Part shown: positions 28,863-37,972 of the stretch, piece after piece
Numbering within the stretch: the stretch's first letter is position 1
How the letters are laid out: every line of letters starts with the position of its first letter
Assembly (NCBI GenBank): GCA_050945495.1
Contig: JBMNTA010000005.1
Location: 19,290 to 83,289 of the forward strand
DNA: 64,000 nucleotides
Direction: 5' to 3'
Source of the DNA: Saccharofermentanales bacterium
GTDB lineage: Bacteria; Bacillota; Clostridia; Saccharofermentanales; DTU023
Program-made: the position numbers and the translations under genes
The notes under the pieces: model-generated
What the model saw: only the letters and a program-made list of their open reading frames with translations
Databases searched by the model: none
What the model was told of the DNA's origin: nothing

Positions 28863-29294
28863 CTATTTGTCGTAGTCGACCACGATGCCCATGCTGCGAG
28901 CGGTACCCGCCACCATGCGCGCCCCGGATTCGATGTCCGAAGCATTCGTGTCCACCATTTTCATTTCGGCGATGCGCTTGCACTCCGACCACGGAACGCG
29001 CGCGACCTTCGTCTTGTTCGGTTCACCCGAAGCTTTCTCGAGTTTGCAGGCTTTCTTCAACAAAACGGACGCCGGTGGGGTCTTCGTAATGAACGAATAC
29101 GTACGGTCTTGATAGACGGTGATGACGACGGGGATGATCAACCCCATGTCCTTTTGCGTACGTTCATTAAATTCTCGAACGAACTGAGCGATGTTCAGTC
29201 CATGTTGTCCGAGCGCTGGTCCGACCGGCGGCGCGGGCGTTGCCTGGCCTGCAGGAATTTGCAGTTTTACGTATGCGATGACTGGCTTAGCCAT
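28863..29294 (-). CDS. rplK: 50S ribosomal protein L11
   Basis: [28 protein letters not shown]. Confidence 0.98.
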   Translation of the reverse strand: MAKPVIAYVKLQIPAGQATPAPPVGPALGQHGLNIAQFVREFNERTQKDMGLIIPVVITVYQDRTYSFITKTPPASVLLKKACKLEKASGEPNKTKVARVPWSECKRIAEMKMVDTNASDIESGARMVAGTARSMGIVVDYDK

Positions 29295-29351
29295 TCTGCC
29301 ACCTCCCATTGCATTGTTTTATTTGCGCGACGGCCATGCCGTCGTTCGCGT

Positions 29352-29897
29352 CTAATCTTCTTGTCGAATGACTTGCGTCAATTCGAGTTCCACCGGCGTT
29401 TCGCGACCGAACATCATGATCGAGACGATGACTTTCTTCTTCTCGGTGTTGATCTCCTCGACGCGGCCGTCGAAGCCCTCCAAGGGGCCGTTGATGACGC
29501 GCACGTCGTCGCCGATGTCGTAATCCATGACGGGCTCCCAATCGGAATCGAGGCCCATCATGCCGAGCTCGTCCTCCGTCAGCGGGACGGGATTCGTGCT
29601 CGACGGTCCGACAAATCCGGTAACGCCGCGCGTATTGCGCACGATGTACCAGATGTCGTCGGTCAAAATCATTTTAATCAGGACGTACCCGGGATAAATT
29701 TTGCGCTCCACCGTCCGACGCTTGCCGTCTTTGATCTCAATGACGGTCTCGGTCGGCACCAGAACCTCTTGGATCATGTCTTGCAATCCACGGTTCTCGA
29801 TGATCAGGTCGAGCGTCGCTTTGACACGGTTTTCGTAACCGGAGTACGTGTGAATGACGTACCAGAGCGCCTCTTGTTTCTCGGGCGTTTCTGCCAT
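29352..29897 (-). CDS. nusG: Transcription elongation factor NusG
   Basis: WYVIHTYSGYENRV, VRNTRGVTGFVG, KOW motif, MFGRETPVEL. Confidence 0.98.
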   Translation of the reverse strand: MAETPEKQEALWYVIHTYSGYENRVKATLDLIIENRGLQDMIQEVLVPTETVIEIKDGKRRTVERKIYPGYVLIKMILTDDIWYIVRNTRGVTGFVGPSSTNPVPLTEDELGMMGLDSDWEPVMDYDIGDDVRVINGPLEGFDGRVEEINTEKKKVIVSIMMFGRETPVELELTQVIRQED

Positions 29898-29902
29898 GGC
29901 GA

Positions 29903-30271
29903 TTACCTGTCCGCCTTCGTCGCGTCGGGTTCCGTGACCACCGGTTCGACGGTCACCGTCGGCGCATCTTGATCATGGTCATGGTCGTGATCCGCGGCGT
30001 CGGGCGCCTCGGTCTCCACGGGGGCTTTCCCGTAGAATCCCGTCGCGTTGAAAATGCCTCGGATCGCCGAGTCAAACGCCAAGATGATGATGACCGCGAT
30101 GAAAATAATCAACAACACGGTCGCCGTGCTCTGGCGCAATTTTTTCTTATCGGGCCAGACGACACGCTTCAGTTCCGTGATGATGTTGGTGAACCACTTT
30201 TTCAGACGTGCCCACCACGACGGCTTTTGTTTCGCGTCTTTCTTCGATTTGCCTTGATCTTTTTTCGCCAT
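29903..30271 (-). CDS. secE: Preprotein translocase subunit SecE with C-terminal extension
   Basis: ELKRVVWP followed by TM helix; upstream of nusG. Confidence 0.92.
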   Translation of the reverse strand: MAKKDQGKSKKDAKQKPSWWARLKKWFTNIITELKRVVWPDKKKLRQSTATVLLIIFIAVIIILAFDSAIRGIFNATGFYGKAPVETEAPDAADHDHDHDQDAPTVTVEPVVTEPDATKADR

Positions 30272-30298
30272 GTTCTCTGTCTCCCGAACCCACGCGGA

Positions 30299-30463
30299 TT
30301 ACTTCGTCTCGCGGTGGATCGTATGCTTGTCGCAGAACTTACAATACTTTTTAAGTTCCAACTTCTCAGGCGTATTCATCTTATTCTTCTTGACGTCGTA
30401 GTTGCGCTGTTTGCATTCGGAACAAGCGAGCGTAATACGATCTCGAGCACCGGGTTTTGCCAT
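30299..30463 (-). CDS. rpmG: 50S ribosomal protein L33, zinc-ribbon type (absent from ORF track)
   Basis: [54 protein letters not shown]; RBS AGGAGG. Confidence 0.96.
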   Translation of the reverse strand: MAKPGARDRITLACSECKQRNYDVKKNKMNTPEKLELKKYCKFCDKHTIHRETK

Positions 30464-30643
30464 GTCGGCACCTCCTAAAAACTAACCGTCCAAAAACTCT
30501 TGTCCGCGCAAAAAAAAAGACCCGCGCGTCTGACAAGCAGAAGCATAGTACCACAGGCACCGCGGGCTGTCAAATCAATTTTGTCACAAAAAGATCGCTG
30601 TAATGCCGAAAAAGTCGACGTTTGAGCGATCGCATGGGCCGCG

Positions 30644-31243
30644 TCACCACACGTCGGCCATCGCCCGGGCCTCCTCGATCGCGCGGGCCAAAATCACGTC
30701 CGCGGGCTCGTGCCCGAGATCGATGCCGTCGGCCGCCACATAATCGAACGCGGGGATGCCGAAAAACGTCGCGAGGTTGCGCAAGGTCGGCAACGCCGTC
30801 TCCAGGGACGAATCGACGTACGCGCCGCCGCGCGTCGTGAGGTAACACATTTTCTCGGCCCGGCATATGCCGAACAGGCGTCCGTCCGTCGTGTCGCAAT
30901 CAAAGGTGATGCCCTGCACACTGACGTTTTCGATGTAAATTTTGAGCAGCGCCGGAAACGAGAGGTCCCAAAACGGCGCTGCGATGACGATCTTGTCGGC
31001 GCGGGCAAACCGATGCGCATAACGAAAGCGCGCATGGTCGAGGTCTCCGGCCTCCAACAGGCGCTCGCGTTGCCAAAAGAAATCGCCCGTCAACGGCAAG
31101 AGCGGCTCTTCGGTGAGGACGAGCCGTTCGACCGCGTGATCGCCGCGCGCTTGCAGCCGTTCGACGAAGGCTTCGGCCAGCCGACGGGTGCGCGACGACT
31201 CTTTGCGAATGCAACCGTCGACGAACAAGACATCATACGTCAT
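30644..31243 (-). CDS. Flavodoxin-like NAD(P)H-dependent oxidoreductase (AzoR/AcpD-like)
   Basis: SSRT..LA, ADKIVIAAPFWDLSFPALLK, TTRGG. Confidence 0.85.
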   Translation of the reverse strand: MTYDVLFVDGCIRKESSRTRRLAEAFVERLQARGDHAVERLVLTEEPLLPLTGDFFWQRERLLEAGDLDHARFRYAHRFARADKIVIAAPFWDLSFPALLKIYIENVSVQGITFDCDTTDGRLFGICRAEKMCYLTTRGGAYVDSSLETALPTLRNLATFFGIPAFDYVAADGIDLGHEPADVILARAIEEARAMADVW

Positions 31244-32246
31244 CGTTGTACCTCTCCAACAGCTCAAAGATCATGGTTTTGAACGCGTCGCGGTCGACGT
31301 CCGTGACGACCGTGTGGATGCGTTCGTCCTTCTTATGATCGGAAAAGACATCCGTCACGGTTTTCCCGTACGCCTTCGCGGCGTGCGTCTCCACGTGCAC
31401 CCACGCGGGATAGGTGCGGAACATTGCCGGATGATGGAGCGTCAGCACGGCCGCGGGGTCGTGCAGGCAGATGCCCGGCAGGCCGAGCGATCGGGAGAAG
31501 GCCATGGCGCCGATCAGGCAATCGTGCGCAAAGCGCGCTTGCTGCGACGGCAGACATCCGAGTCGGCGATGCTCCTCGGGGGTCAGGTAGGCCTGCATCG
31601 TGACGTCCAGACCCGTCATGGTCACGGGGATGCCGGAAGAAAACACCACTTCGGCCGCTTCGGGATCGGCGTAGATGTTGAACTCGGCGACGGGCGTGAC
31701 GTTGCCGCCGACGGCGGCCCCGCCCATGATCACGATGCGGTCGACGTATTGCGGCAAGTCTTCGTGGCGGATGAGCGCCAGGGCAATGTTCGTCAACGGT
31801 CCGACCGCGATGACGGTGAGCCCGTCGGCGGCGCGCGCCGCATCGTAGAGCGCATCCCACGCGGCGCCCGTCTCCAAAGGCCGGTCGGACGGCGGCAATT
31901 CAATGTCGCCCAGACCGTTTTGTCCGTGCACGTACGGCGCCGTGATCTGGTCGCGGAGGAGCGGCTTCGCCGCCCCGGCGAACACCGGCCAATCCGCGCC
32001 CGCAAGTTGCACGACGTCCAGCGTGTTGGGGGCCGTCAACGCGAGCGGTGCATTGCCGGCGACGGCCGATACGCCCACGACGTGCAGGTGGTCCAGTTGG
32101 CGCAGGATCAAGAGGGCGACGGCGTCATCCACCCCCGTATCGCAGTCAAACCACACGGTGCGCGGCGCATCGATCGGTCGGGCCCCGTCCGGCACGCGAT
32201 GCGGCGGCCGACCGTGGTATAAAACTTTGGGGGGTCGTGGGTTCAT
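31233..32246 (-). CDS. Nucleoside hydrolase (IU-NH family)
   Basis: DCDTGVDDA, HGQNGLG, GPLTN, AEFNIYADPEAA, LHDP. Confidence 0.93.
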   Translation of the reverse strand: MNPRPPKVLYHGRPPHRVPDGARPIDAPRTVWFDCDTGVDDAVALLILRQLDHLHVVGVSAVAGNAPLALTAPNTLDVVQLAGADWPVFAGAAKPLLRDQITAPYVHGQNGLGDIELPPSDRPLETGAAWDALYDAARAADGLTVIAVGPLTNIALALIRHEDLPQYVDRIVIMGGAAVGGNVTPVAEFNIYADPEAAEVVFSSGIPVTMTGLDVTMQAYLTPEEHRRLGCLPSQQARFAHDCLIGAMAFSRSLGLPGICLHDPAAVLTLHHPAMFRTYPAWVHVETHAAKAYGKTVTDVFSDHKKDERIHTVVTDVDRDAFKTMIFELLERYNDDV

Positions 32247-33193
32247 CGGTGCTCTCCTCCGTACGATTCGCAGGCCTCGACGATGACATCGATGAACGCC
32301 CGGCGGTCGATGTCGCAAATCCATCGCACATTGGGCGGCCGTTCGGTCGTGCCCAACACATCGCCGATCGTCATGCCGCGGCAATAATCGCCGCCGGTCT
32401 CAATGTCGACGCGGATGGATTTCGCCGTCAAGAGATCGGGGCGCACCAAGGCCAGCACGGCCACGGCATCGTGCAGCGGCGCGCCGGGGTAGCCGAGGCT
32501 TCGGTGGAACGTGTAAAAGAAATCCAACCAACCCGCGACGACGCGCGCCACCGGGTTATCCACGGCGCGAATGCGCCGGATGTCCTCGGGAAACACCAGC
32601 GCCTGTTCCGTGACGTCGAGTCCGGCCATCGTGATGGGAATGCCCGACGAAAAGACGATGTCGGCCGCCTCGGGGTCGACCAAAATGTTGAACTCCGCGG
32701 CCGGCGTCCAGTTGCCGTGCGCGATGCCGCCGCCCATCAGCGAGATGCGTTCGATCTTGGGCATGACCCGCGGGTAAAGCTTTAAGAGCGCGGCGATGTT
32801 CGTCAGCGGCCCCGTCGGCACCAGCGTGACGGCGCGATCCTCGGCATCGATGATCCGGGCCATCAGAGCGGGCGCGCCGATGGGATCCGGTGCCTTCAAA
32901 GGATCCGGCAGCTTCGGCCCGTCGAGGCCCGTCTGCCCGTGGATGTTCGGCGCCGTCATCGGCTCCGAACAAAGCGGCCGCGCGCGTCCCGCGGCAAACG
33001 GCGCGTCCAAGTCGATCAATGCCATGACGCGCGCGGCGTTGTGCGTTGTTTTCTCAATCGTTTGATTGCCACCGCACGCGGTGACGCTCAAAATGTCCAA
33101 TTCCGGTCGGCTCTTCGCCAGCACCCATGCGATGGCGTCGTCGTGACCGGGGTCGCCGTCCAGCAAGATCGGGAGGGGATCCATCGTCGCCAC
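32243..33193 (-). CDS. Nucleoside hydrolase (RihA/RihC-like)
   Basis: DGDPGHDDA, HGQTGLDG, GNWTPAAEFNILVDPEAA, PLHDA. Confidence 0.93.
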   Translation of the reverse strand: MATMDPLPILLDGDPGHDDAIAWVLAKSRPELDILSVTACGGNQTIEKTTHNAARVMALIDLDAPFAAGRARPLCSEPMTAPNIHGQTGLDGPKLPDPLKAPDPIGAPALMARIIDAEDRAVTLVPTGPLTNIAALLKLYPRVMPKIERISLMGGGIAHGNWTPAAEFNILVDPEAADIVFSSGIPITMAGLDVTEQALVFPEDIRRIRAVDNPVARVVAGWLDFFYTFHRSLGYPGAPLHDAVAVLALVRPDLLTAKSIRVDIETGGDYCRGMTIGDVLGTTERPPNVRWICDIDRRAFIDVIVEACESYGGEHR

Positions 33194-33197
33194 GTCC

Positions 33198-34148
33198 CTA
33201 TTGAATCGGACGGATGCCGCGTCGTCGGGCGCGCGCCTTCACGCTGATCGCGTAGATGACGAGGCCCAGAATGGTCGCGGCGTAAGGAATGACCGAGATG
33301 AGGTAGCTGTACTTCGTGGCGCCCTGAATGCCGGTGGCCTTGATGCGCAGGCCCTGCGCAAAGCCGAACAGCAAGGAGGACAGCATCGTCCCGACGGGTT
33401 CGCCGCGTCCCATGGCCTGGGCCGCCAACGCGATGAAGCCGCGACCTTCGACCATGCCCTGGTTCCACCCTTGGGAGTAATACATCGACATGTACGCGCC
33501 GCCGAGGCCGGCCAGCACGCCCGATATCGCGATGGCGATGTATTGCATTTTCGTGACCGACACGCCGACCGACGCGGCCGCGTTCGGGTTCTCGCCGACG
33601 GCGCGCAAGTTCAGCCCGAGGGGCGTCTTATAGAGCAACAGCCAGATCAGCCACACCGACAAGAACGCGAAATACGTCAACACGGAGTGACCGGAGAGCA
33701 TCTCCCCCACCACCGGAATCTTGTCGATCAGCGGGATCGTGACGGTCGGGATCAAGATGTTCGGCGTCACGAGGTTGCCCGTGTTGCCGCGCATGCCGGT
33801 AAACATGTGGAGCATGAAGATGGTGCCTCCGGCGCCAAGCATGTTCACGGCGATACCGGAGAGGATGATGTCCGTTTTGAGCTTGAAGGAGAAGAACCCC
33901 ATCATCAAGGCGAGCAACACGCCCACCGCGATGGCCCCCAACACGCCGAGGAACCAACTCTGGGTCCAGTACGCGATGAGGAATCCGAAGAGGGCGGTGA
34001 TCATCATAATGCCTTCGAGGCCGATGTTGACGACGCCCGCCTTCTCGGCGATGACCGCCGCCAGCGCCGCGAACAAGATCGGGGCCGTGATGCGGAAAAT
34101 GGCAAAGACAAAGTCGGCTTGGAAAATGGCCTGTCCGAGTTCACCCAT
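33198..34148 (-). CDS. Nucleoside ABC transporter permease
   Basis: EKAGVVNIGLEG, RAVGENP.AA.SVGV, GRGFIALAA. Confidence 0.92.
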   Translation of the reverse strand: MGELGQAIFQADFVFAIFRITAPILFAALAAVIAEKAGVVNIGLEGIMMITALFGFLIAYWTQSWFLGVLGAIAVGVLLALMMGFFSFKLKTDIILSGIAVNMLGAGGTIFMLHMFTGMRGNTGNLVTPNILIPTVTIPLIDKIPVVGEMLSGHSVLTYFAFLSVWLIWLLLYKTPLGLNLRAVGENPNAAASVGVSVTKMQYIAIAISGVLAGLGGAYMSMYYSQGWNQGMVEGRGFIALAAQAMGRGEPVGTMLSSLLFGFAQGLRIKATGIQGATKYSYLISVIPYAATILGLVIYAISVKARARRRGIRPIQ

Positions 34149-35254
34149 TATGCGTTCCCCCCTTCACCTTCGATGGCGCCCGCAAGTTGTTGCTGTGCGA
34201 GCTCCTCTCGTGTCGTCTTGACGACGAGCCGTTGACGATACCGGGAGAGGAATTGTTCGGCCGCAAAGAACAGGAAAATCGCCGCTTGGATGATGTCGAT
34301 CATCTCACTCGGGACGTCCGAGTACGTCGACATCAGCATGCAGCCCTTGTTCAGGTACGCGAGGAAAAACGCCGCGAGCGGCACATACGCCGGGTTGTTC
34401 TTGGCCAGAATCGCAATCGTGATGCCTTCCCAGCCGTAGCCCGGCAGTTCGCGCCAGAGGAAGCGCTCATAGCGTCCCAGCACTTCGAGGCTGCCGCCCA
34501 TGCCGGAGAGCAGACCGCCGATGACCTGGGACAGGACGATGGTGCTTCCGACCTTCATGCCGGAGTATTTGGCGAATTGCTGATTGATGCCGATCATGCG
34601 GATCGAGTACCCCCAGCGCGTGCGATACATGAAAATCGAGACGAAGACGGTGAAGACCAACGCCACGATGAACGCGACGGTGAGTTTGCTCGTCCCGGGC
34701 ACCAATGCGGGGATCCGCGCATTCTCATGGAACGGGAACGACATCGTCGCGCCCATGGTGCGGTCGGCAAAATAGTTATTCAAGTAATGCAGGACGACGT
34801 ACAAGATGATGTAGTTGAGCATCAAGCTCGTGACCATCTCGCTCGCCCCCAGTTTGACTTTCAAAAGGGCCGGAATCAGCATGATCAGGCCGCAGGCGAT
34901 CGCCGCGATCAAGACGCAGACCACGCCGTGCCAACGCGTCGACATGTTGAGGTAGACGGCCAGCATGCCGCCGATGAATCCGCCGGCCAAGGTGCAGCCT
35001 TCGCCCGCCAGGTTAAATTGGTTGGCCGAGAACATCACGCAGACGGCCAACCCCGTAAACACGGTCGGGATCATCGCCGCCAAAATGTCGTAGATGTATA
35101 GCTTGCGCGTCAGCGGACCGACCAACAGGTAGTACAACGCCGTCCATGGCTCCTCCGATGTCAAAAAGACAAAGATGGCGCCGACGGCCAGCGCAAGGAT
35201 AATGGCGGCCGCGCCGCGAACGACGCTGAACAGCCTCATTCTTTTCTCATACAT
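34148..35254 (-). CDS. Nucleoside ABC transporter permease
   Basis: FNLAGEG, SLMLNY, GYGWEGITIAILA. Confidence 0.9.
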   Translation of the reverse strand: MYEKRMRLFSVVRGAAAIILALAVGAIFVFLTSEEPWTALYYLLVGPLTRKLYIYDILAAMIPTVFTGLAVCVMFSANQFNLAGEGCTLAGGFIGGMLAVYLNMSTRWHGVVCVLIAAIACGLIMLIPALLKVKLGASEMVTSLMLNYIILYVVLHYLNNYFADRTMGATMSFPFHENARIPALVPGTSKLTVAFIVALVFTVFVSIFMYRTRWGYSIRMIGINQQFAKYSGMKVGSTIVLSQVIGGLLSGMGGSLEVLGRYERFLWRELPGYGWEGITIAILAKNNPAYVPLAAFFLAYLNKGCMLMSTYSDVPSEMIDIIQAAIFLFFAAEQFLSRYRQRLVVKTTREELAQQQLAGAIEGEGGNA

Positions 35255-36815
35255 GAGACGCCCTCCGAATCTCCTCATCGCTCTGGCGTTTGATGCCGAG
35301 CATGTATTCGCCCATCATGACGTCGTCCCACTTGCCGTCATCGAAATAGCCGGCGATCTGCCCGTTGTAGAAGACGATCAGGCTGTCGGACAACTCCATG
35401 ACTTCGTTCAAGTCGGCCGACACGAGCAAGACGGCCGCGCCGGCACGGGACAACTCCACGAGTTTGTTGCGGATCAATTCCGTCGCGCCGACGTCGATGC
35501 CGCGTGTCGGCTGATCGGCAATGATCAAGACGGGATCGCTTGAGAATTCACGGGCGACGACGACTTTCTGAATGTTGCCGCCCGACAGCATGCCGACGTT
35601 CTGACTCCGCGATTTACAGAGCACCACGTAGTCCTCGATCAAGCGGTCGCTCTCTTCATGCAGCGCTTTCATGTCAAACAGCGGCCCGTGATTGAATTGA
35701 TCTTTCCAATAGCGATCCGAGATGACGTTTTCCTCGATGCTCGCCGTATCGGCGATGCCGAAGGTCATGCGGTCGGCCGGCACATACGCGACGCCGAGTT
35801 CGCGAATCTCGGCCGGCGGATGGCCGATGAGGCTTTTGCCGCCGACCGTCGCGTCGCCCGATTCCGGCAATTTCAAGCCGAAGAGCAAATCGACCAATTC
35901 GCGCTGCCCGTTGCCTTCCACGCCGGCGATGCCGACGATCTCACCTTGACGCACGGAAAACGTGACGCCGTCGAGCACGCGCTTGTTCCACTCGTTCGTG
36001 TACTGCAGATCGTCGACGTGCAAGACCACGTCGGCGGGCGTCGCCGGGGGCTTTTCAATCTCCAAAATGACGTCGCGTCCGACCATGTTGCGCGAGATCT
36101 CTTTCTCCGTGATGCTGTCCGTGTCGAACACGCCGACGGAACGCCCGGCCCGCATGATGGTGATGCGGTCGGTCAACGCTTTGATCTCGTTTAATTTATG
36201 CGAAATGAAGATGATCGTGAAGCCTTGCTCTTTCAAGTTCTTCAACTCTTCAAACAAGACGGTCGTCTCCTGCGTCGTCAAAACGGCCGTCGGTTCGTCC
36301 AAAATCAAGACGTGCGCCCCGCGGACGAGCGCTTTCAGAATTTCAACTTTTTGCTTCATGCCCGTCGCGATGTCGACGACCCGCGCTTCGGGATCCACGT
36401 GCAAATTAAATTTTTCCGCCGCATTCCGCGTCAATTCCACGGCTTCTTTTTCATTCAAAAAAACACCGCCCTTGGTCGGCGCCATGCCGAGGACGATGTT
36501 TTCCGCCACCGTTAAGCTGGGTACGAGCATGAAGTGCTGATGCACCATGCCGATGCCTCGCTCGATGGCATCGATGGGTGAATGAAACGTCACCGGTTCC
36601 CCGTCCACCAAAATCTCTCCTTCGGTGGGACGCTCCATGCCGAACAGAATTTTCATCAACGTCGATTTACCGGCACCGTTCTCGCCGATCAAGGCGTGAA
36701 TTTCGCCCGCGCGAACGGAAAAATCGACCGCGCGGTTGGCGGCGATGCCGTTGGGATAAATCTTGGAAATCCCCTTCATTTCGACGACGAGCTGTTCAGG
36801 GTTCGTTGTCTCCAT
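35247..36815 (-). CDS. Nucleoside/sugar ABC transporter ATPase (two NBDs)
   Basis: GENGAGKST, LILDEPT, LSGGNIQK, DQPTRGIDVGA. Confidence 0.95.
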   Translation of the reverse strand: METTNPEQLVVEMKGISKIYPNGIAANRAVDFSVRAGEIHALIGENGAGKSTLMKILFGMERPTEGEILVDGEPVTFHSPIDAIERGIGMVHQHFMLVPSLTVAENIVLGMAPTKGGVFLNEKEAVELTRNAAEKFNLHVDPEARVVDIATGMKQKVEILKALVRGAHVLILDEPTAVLTTQETTVLFEELKNLKEQGFTIIFISHKLNEIKALTDRITIMRAGRSVGVFDTDSITEKEISRNMVGRDVILEIEKPPATPADVVLHVDDLQYTNEWNKRVLDGVTFSVRQGEIVGIAGVEGNGQRELVDLLFGLKLPESGDATVGGKSLIGHPPAEIRELGVAYVPADRMTFGIADTASIEENVISDRYWKDQFNHGPLFDMKALHEESDRLIEDYVVLCKSRSQNVGMLSGGNIQKVVVAREFSSDPVLIIADQPTRGIDVGATELIRNKLVELSRAGAAVLLVSADLNEVMELSDSLIVFYNGQIAGYFDDGKWDDVMMGEYMLGIKRQSDEEIRRASHV

Positions 36816-36888
36816 ACGATCCACGCTCCGTCTCCTCCAATGTGTGTACAGCGATGCTCTGTACGGGTTTGTCGTCCATCTTTCATCC

Positions 36889-36920
36889 AATAAAGGCAAC
36901 CTCCGCGTGGAAGTTGCCCC
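36889..36920 (-). terminator. Terminator after putative ncRNA
   Basis: Minus strand GGCAACTTCC-ACGC-GGAGGTTGCC-TTTATT. Confidence 0.7.
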
Positions 36921-36939
36921 ATAAGCCTTCGCTAATTAT

Positions 36940-37128
36940 GGAATCCTGTGCTGACCCGACGGCGGGCCGTCATCCCTCCGTCCTCTCCGGGTGTTCGACG
37001 GATGTTTGGGCAACACGGCCCGGGCAAGCATCGAAAAATTGAACGGGCATGTTCGTCATCCGCCTCCCCAAACGCGATCACGCCGCCGTTACCGGCGCTT
37101 ACATGCGTGGCATCAACGGGGATCTTAA
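36940..37128 (-). ncRNA. Putative ~190-nt structured RNA, 6S RNA-like (alternative: attenuating leader)
   Basis: Own promoter upstream and terminator downstream; partially complementary ends (GATCCCCGTTGAT / GTCAGCACAGGATT); 6S-like length; the overlapping 66-aa ORF is not convincing. Confidence 0.5.
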
Positions 37129-37137
37129 ACATACTTT

Positions 37138-37166
37138 ATCCTATCACACACCCCCATGGGATTCAA
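37138..37166 (-). promoter_or_regulatory. SigA-type promoter
   Basis: TTGAAT-N17-TAGGAT with extended -10 TG. Confidence 0.65.
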
Positions 37167-37203
37167 TGCAATAAGCGATGTTTGCGGGGTCGCGCACCCG
37201 CGG

Positions 37204-37809
37204 TCACGCCAACGATCCGTCCTCGCGATCGGCTTCGTAGGCGCGAAGTCGTCGGTACGCTTCCGGCGTGTCGGCATCGAGCAAAACGGCGCGATCGTCG
37301 ACGGGAAGATCGACCATCGCCTCGCTCAAGGCATAAATGGCACCGCGCAAGCCGTCCGTTCCGTCGTAATCCATCATCTTGTCGACGACCGAGGCCGCCA
37401 ACAAGATCGGATGTCCGGATTTGCCGCCCCACCGGGGTCGGATCACGTCGCCTTCCGCACGTTGCAAGGCCCGGAGCGTCTCGACCCGGACGAGCGGGAT
37501 GTCCACGGGCGTCACAAACACGCGGTCGTAAGGCAAGGTCAGGTGTTGACAGCCCAAACAGATGGAATCAAACATTTCGGTGGTCGCGTAGTCGCGATTG
37601 ACGCACCACGTGACCCCGTACGGGCGGATGTGCTCGGCGAGCTCCTCGGCACGGTGCCCCGCGACGACGACCGTCTCTCGGACGCCGGCCTCGCGAAATA
37701 CACGGATCAACCGCTCAATCATCGTCTCATGGTTGAGCGCCATCGTCGGTTTAAATGCGCGCATGCGCGACCCCAGCCCGGCGGCGGCGATCACGGCGGA
37801 ACAATGCAT
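37204..37809 (-). CDS. MocA/YgfJ-like nucleotidyltransferase (molybdenum cofactor cytidylyltransferase family)
   Basis: AAAGLGSRMRAFK, PVDIP, GHPILL, DADTPEAY. Confidence 0.8.
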   Translation of the reverse strand: MHCSAVIAAAGLGSRMRAFKPTMALNHETMIERLIRVFREAGVRETVVVAGHRAEELAEHIRPYGVTWCVNRDYATTEMFDSICLGCQHLTLPYDRVFVTPVDIPLVRVETLRALQRAEGDVIRPRWGGKSGHPILLAASVVDKMMDYDGTDGLRGAIYALSEAMVDLPVDDRAVLLDADTPEAYRRLRAYEADREDGSLA

Positions 37810-37876
37810 AACATCCTTGCCTTTCCAAGGGGCGCTCGAACGCCCCCGACCATCTTAACAAATCAACCCATAGAAA

Positions 37877-37910
37877 ATGGGGCGAGGTCTCTCACGGAAT
37901 CCCCGCCCCA
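37877..37910 (-). terminator. Terminator after BMP gene
   Basis: ATGGGGCG...CGCCCCAT hairpin followed by TTTT on the minus strand. Confidence 0.65.
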
Positions 37911-37972
37911 TCGTTATGCCGGGTTGGCTTCAAATGCGTCGGTCATCTCCGAAAGATGACGTTCGCCTGACC

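Noticed and set aside
30272-30298. tRNA-Trp between rpmG and secE
   Set aside because: The gap is only 27 bp and has no cloverleaf
36932-37132. 66-aa ORF in the mocA-ATPase gap
   Set aside because: No RBS, it starts at the predicted transcription start and has no recognisable motif; a structured RNA explains the region better
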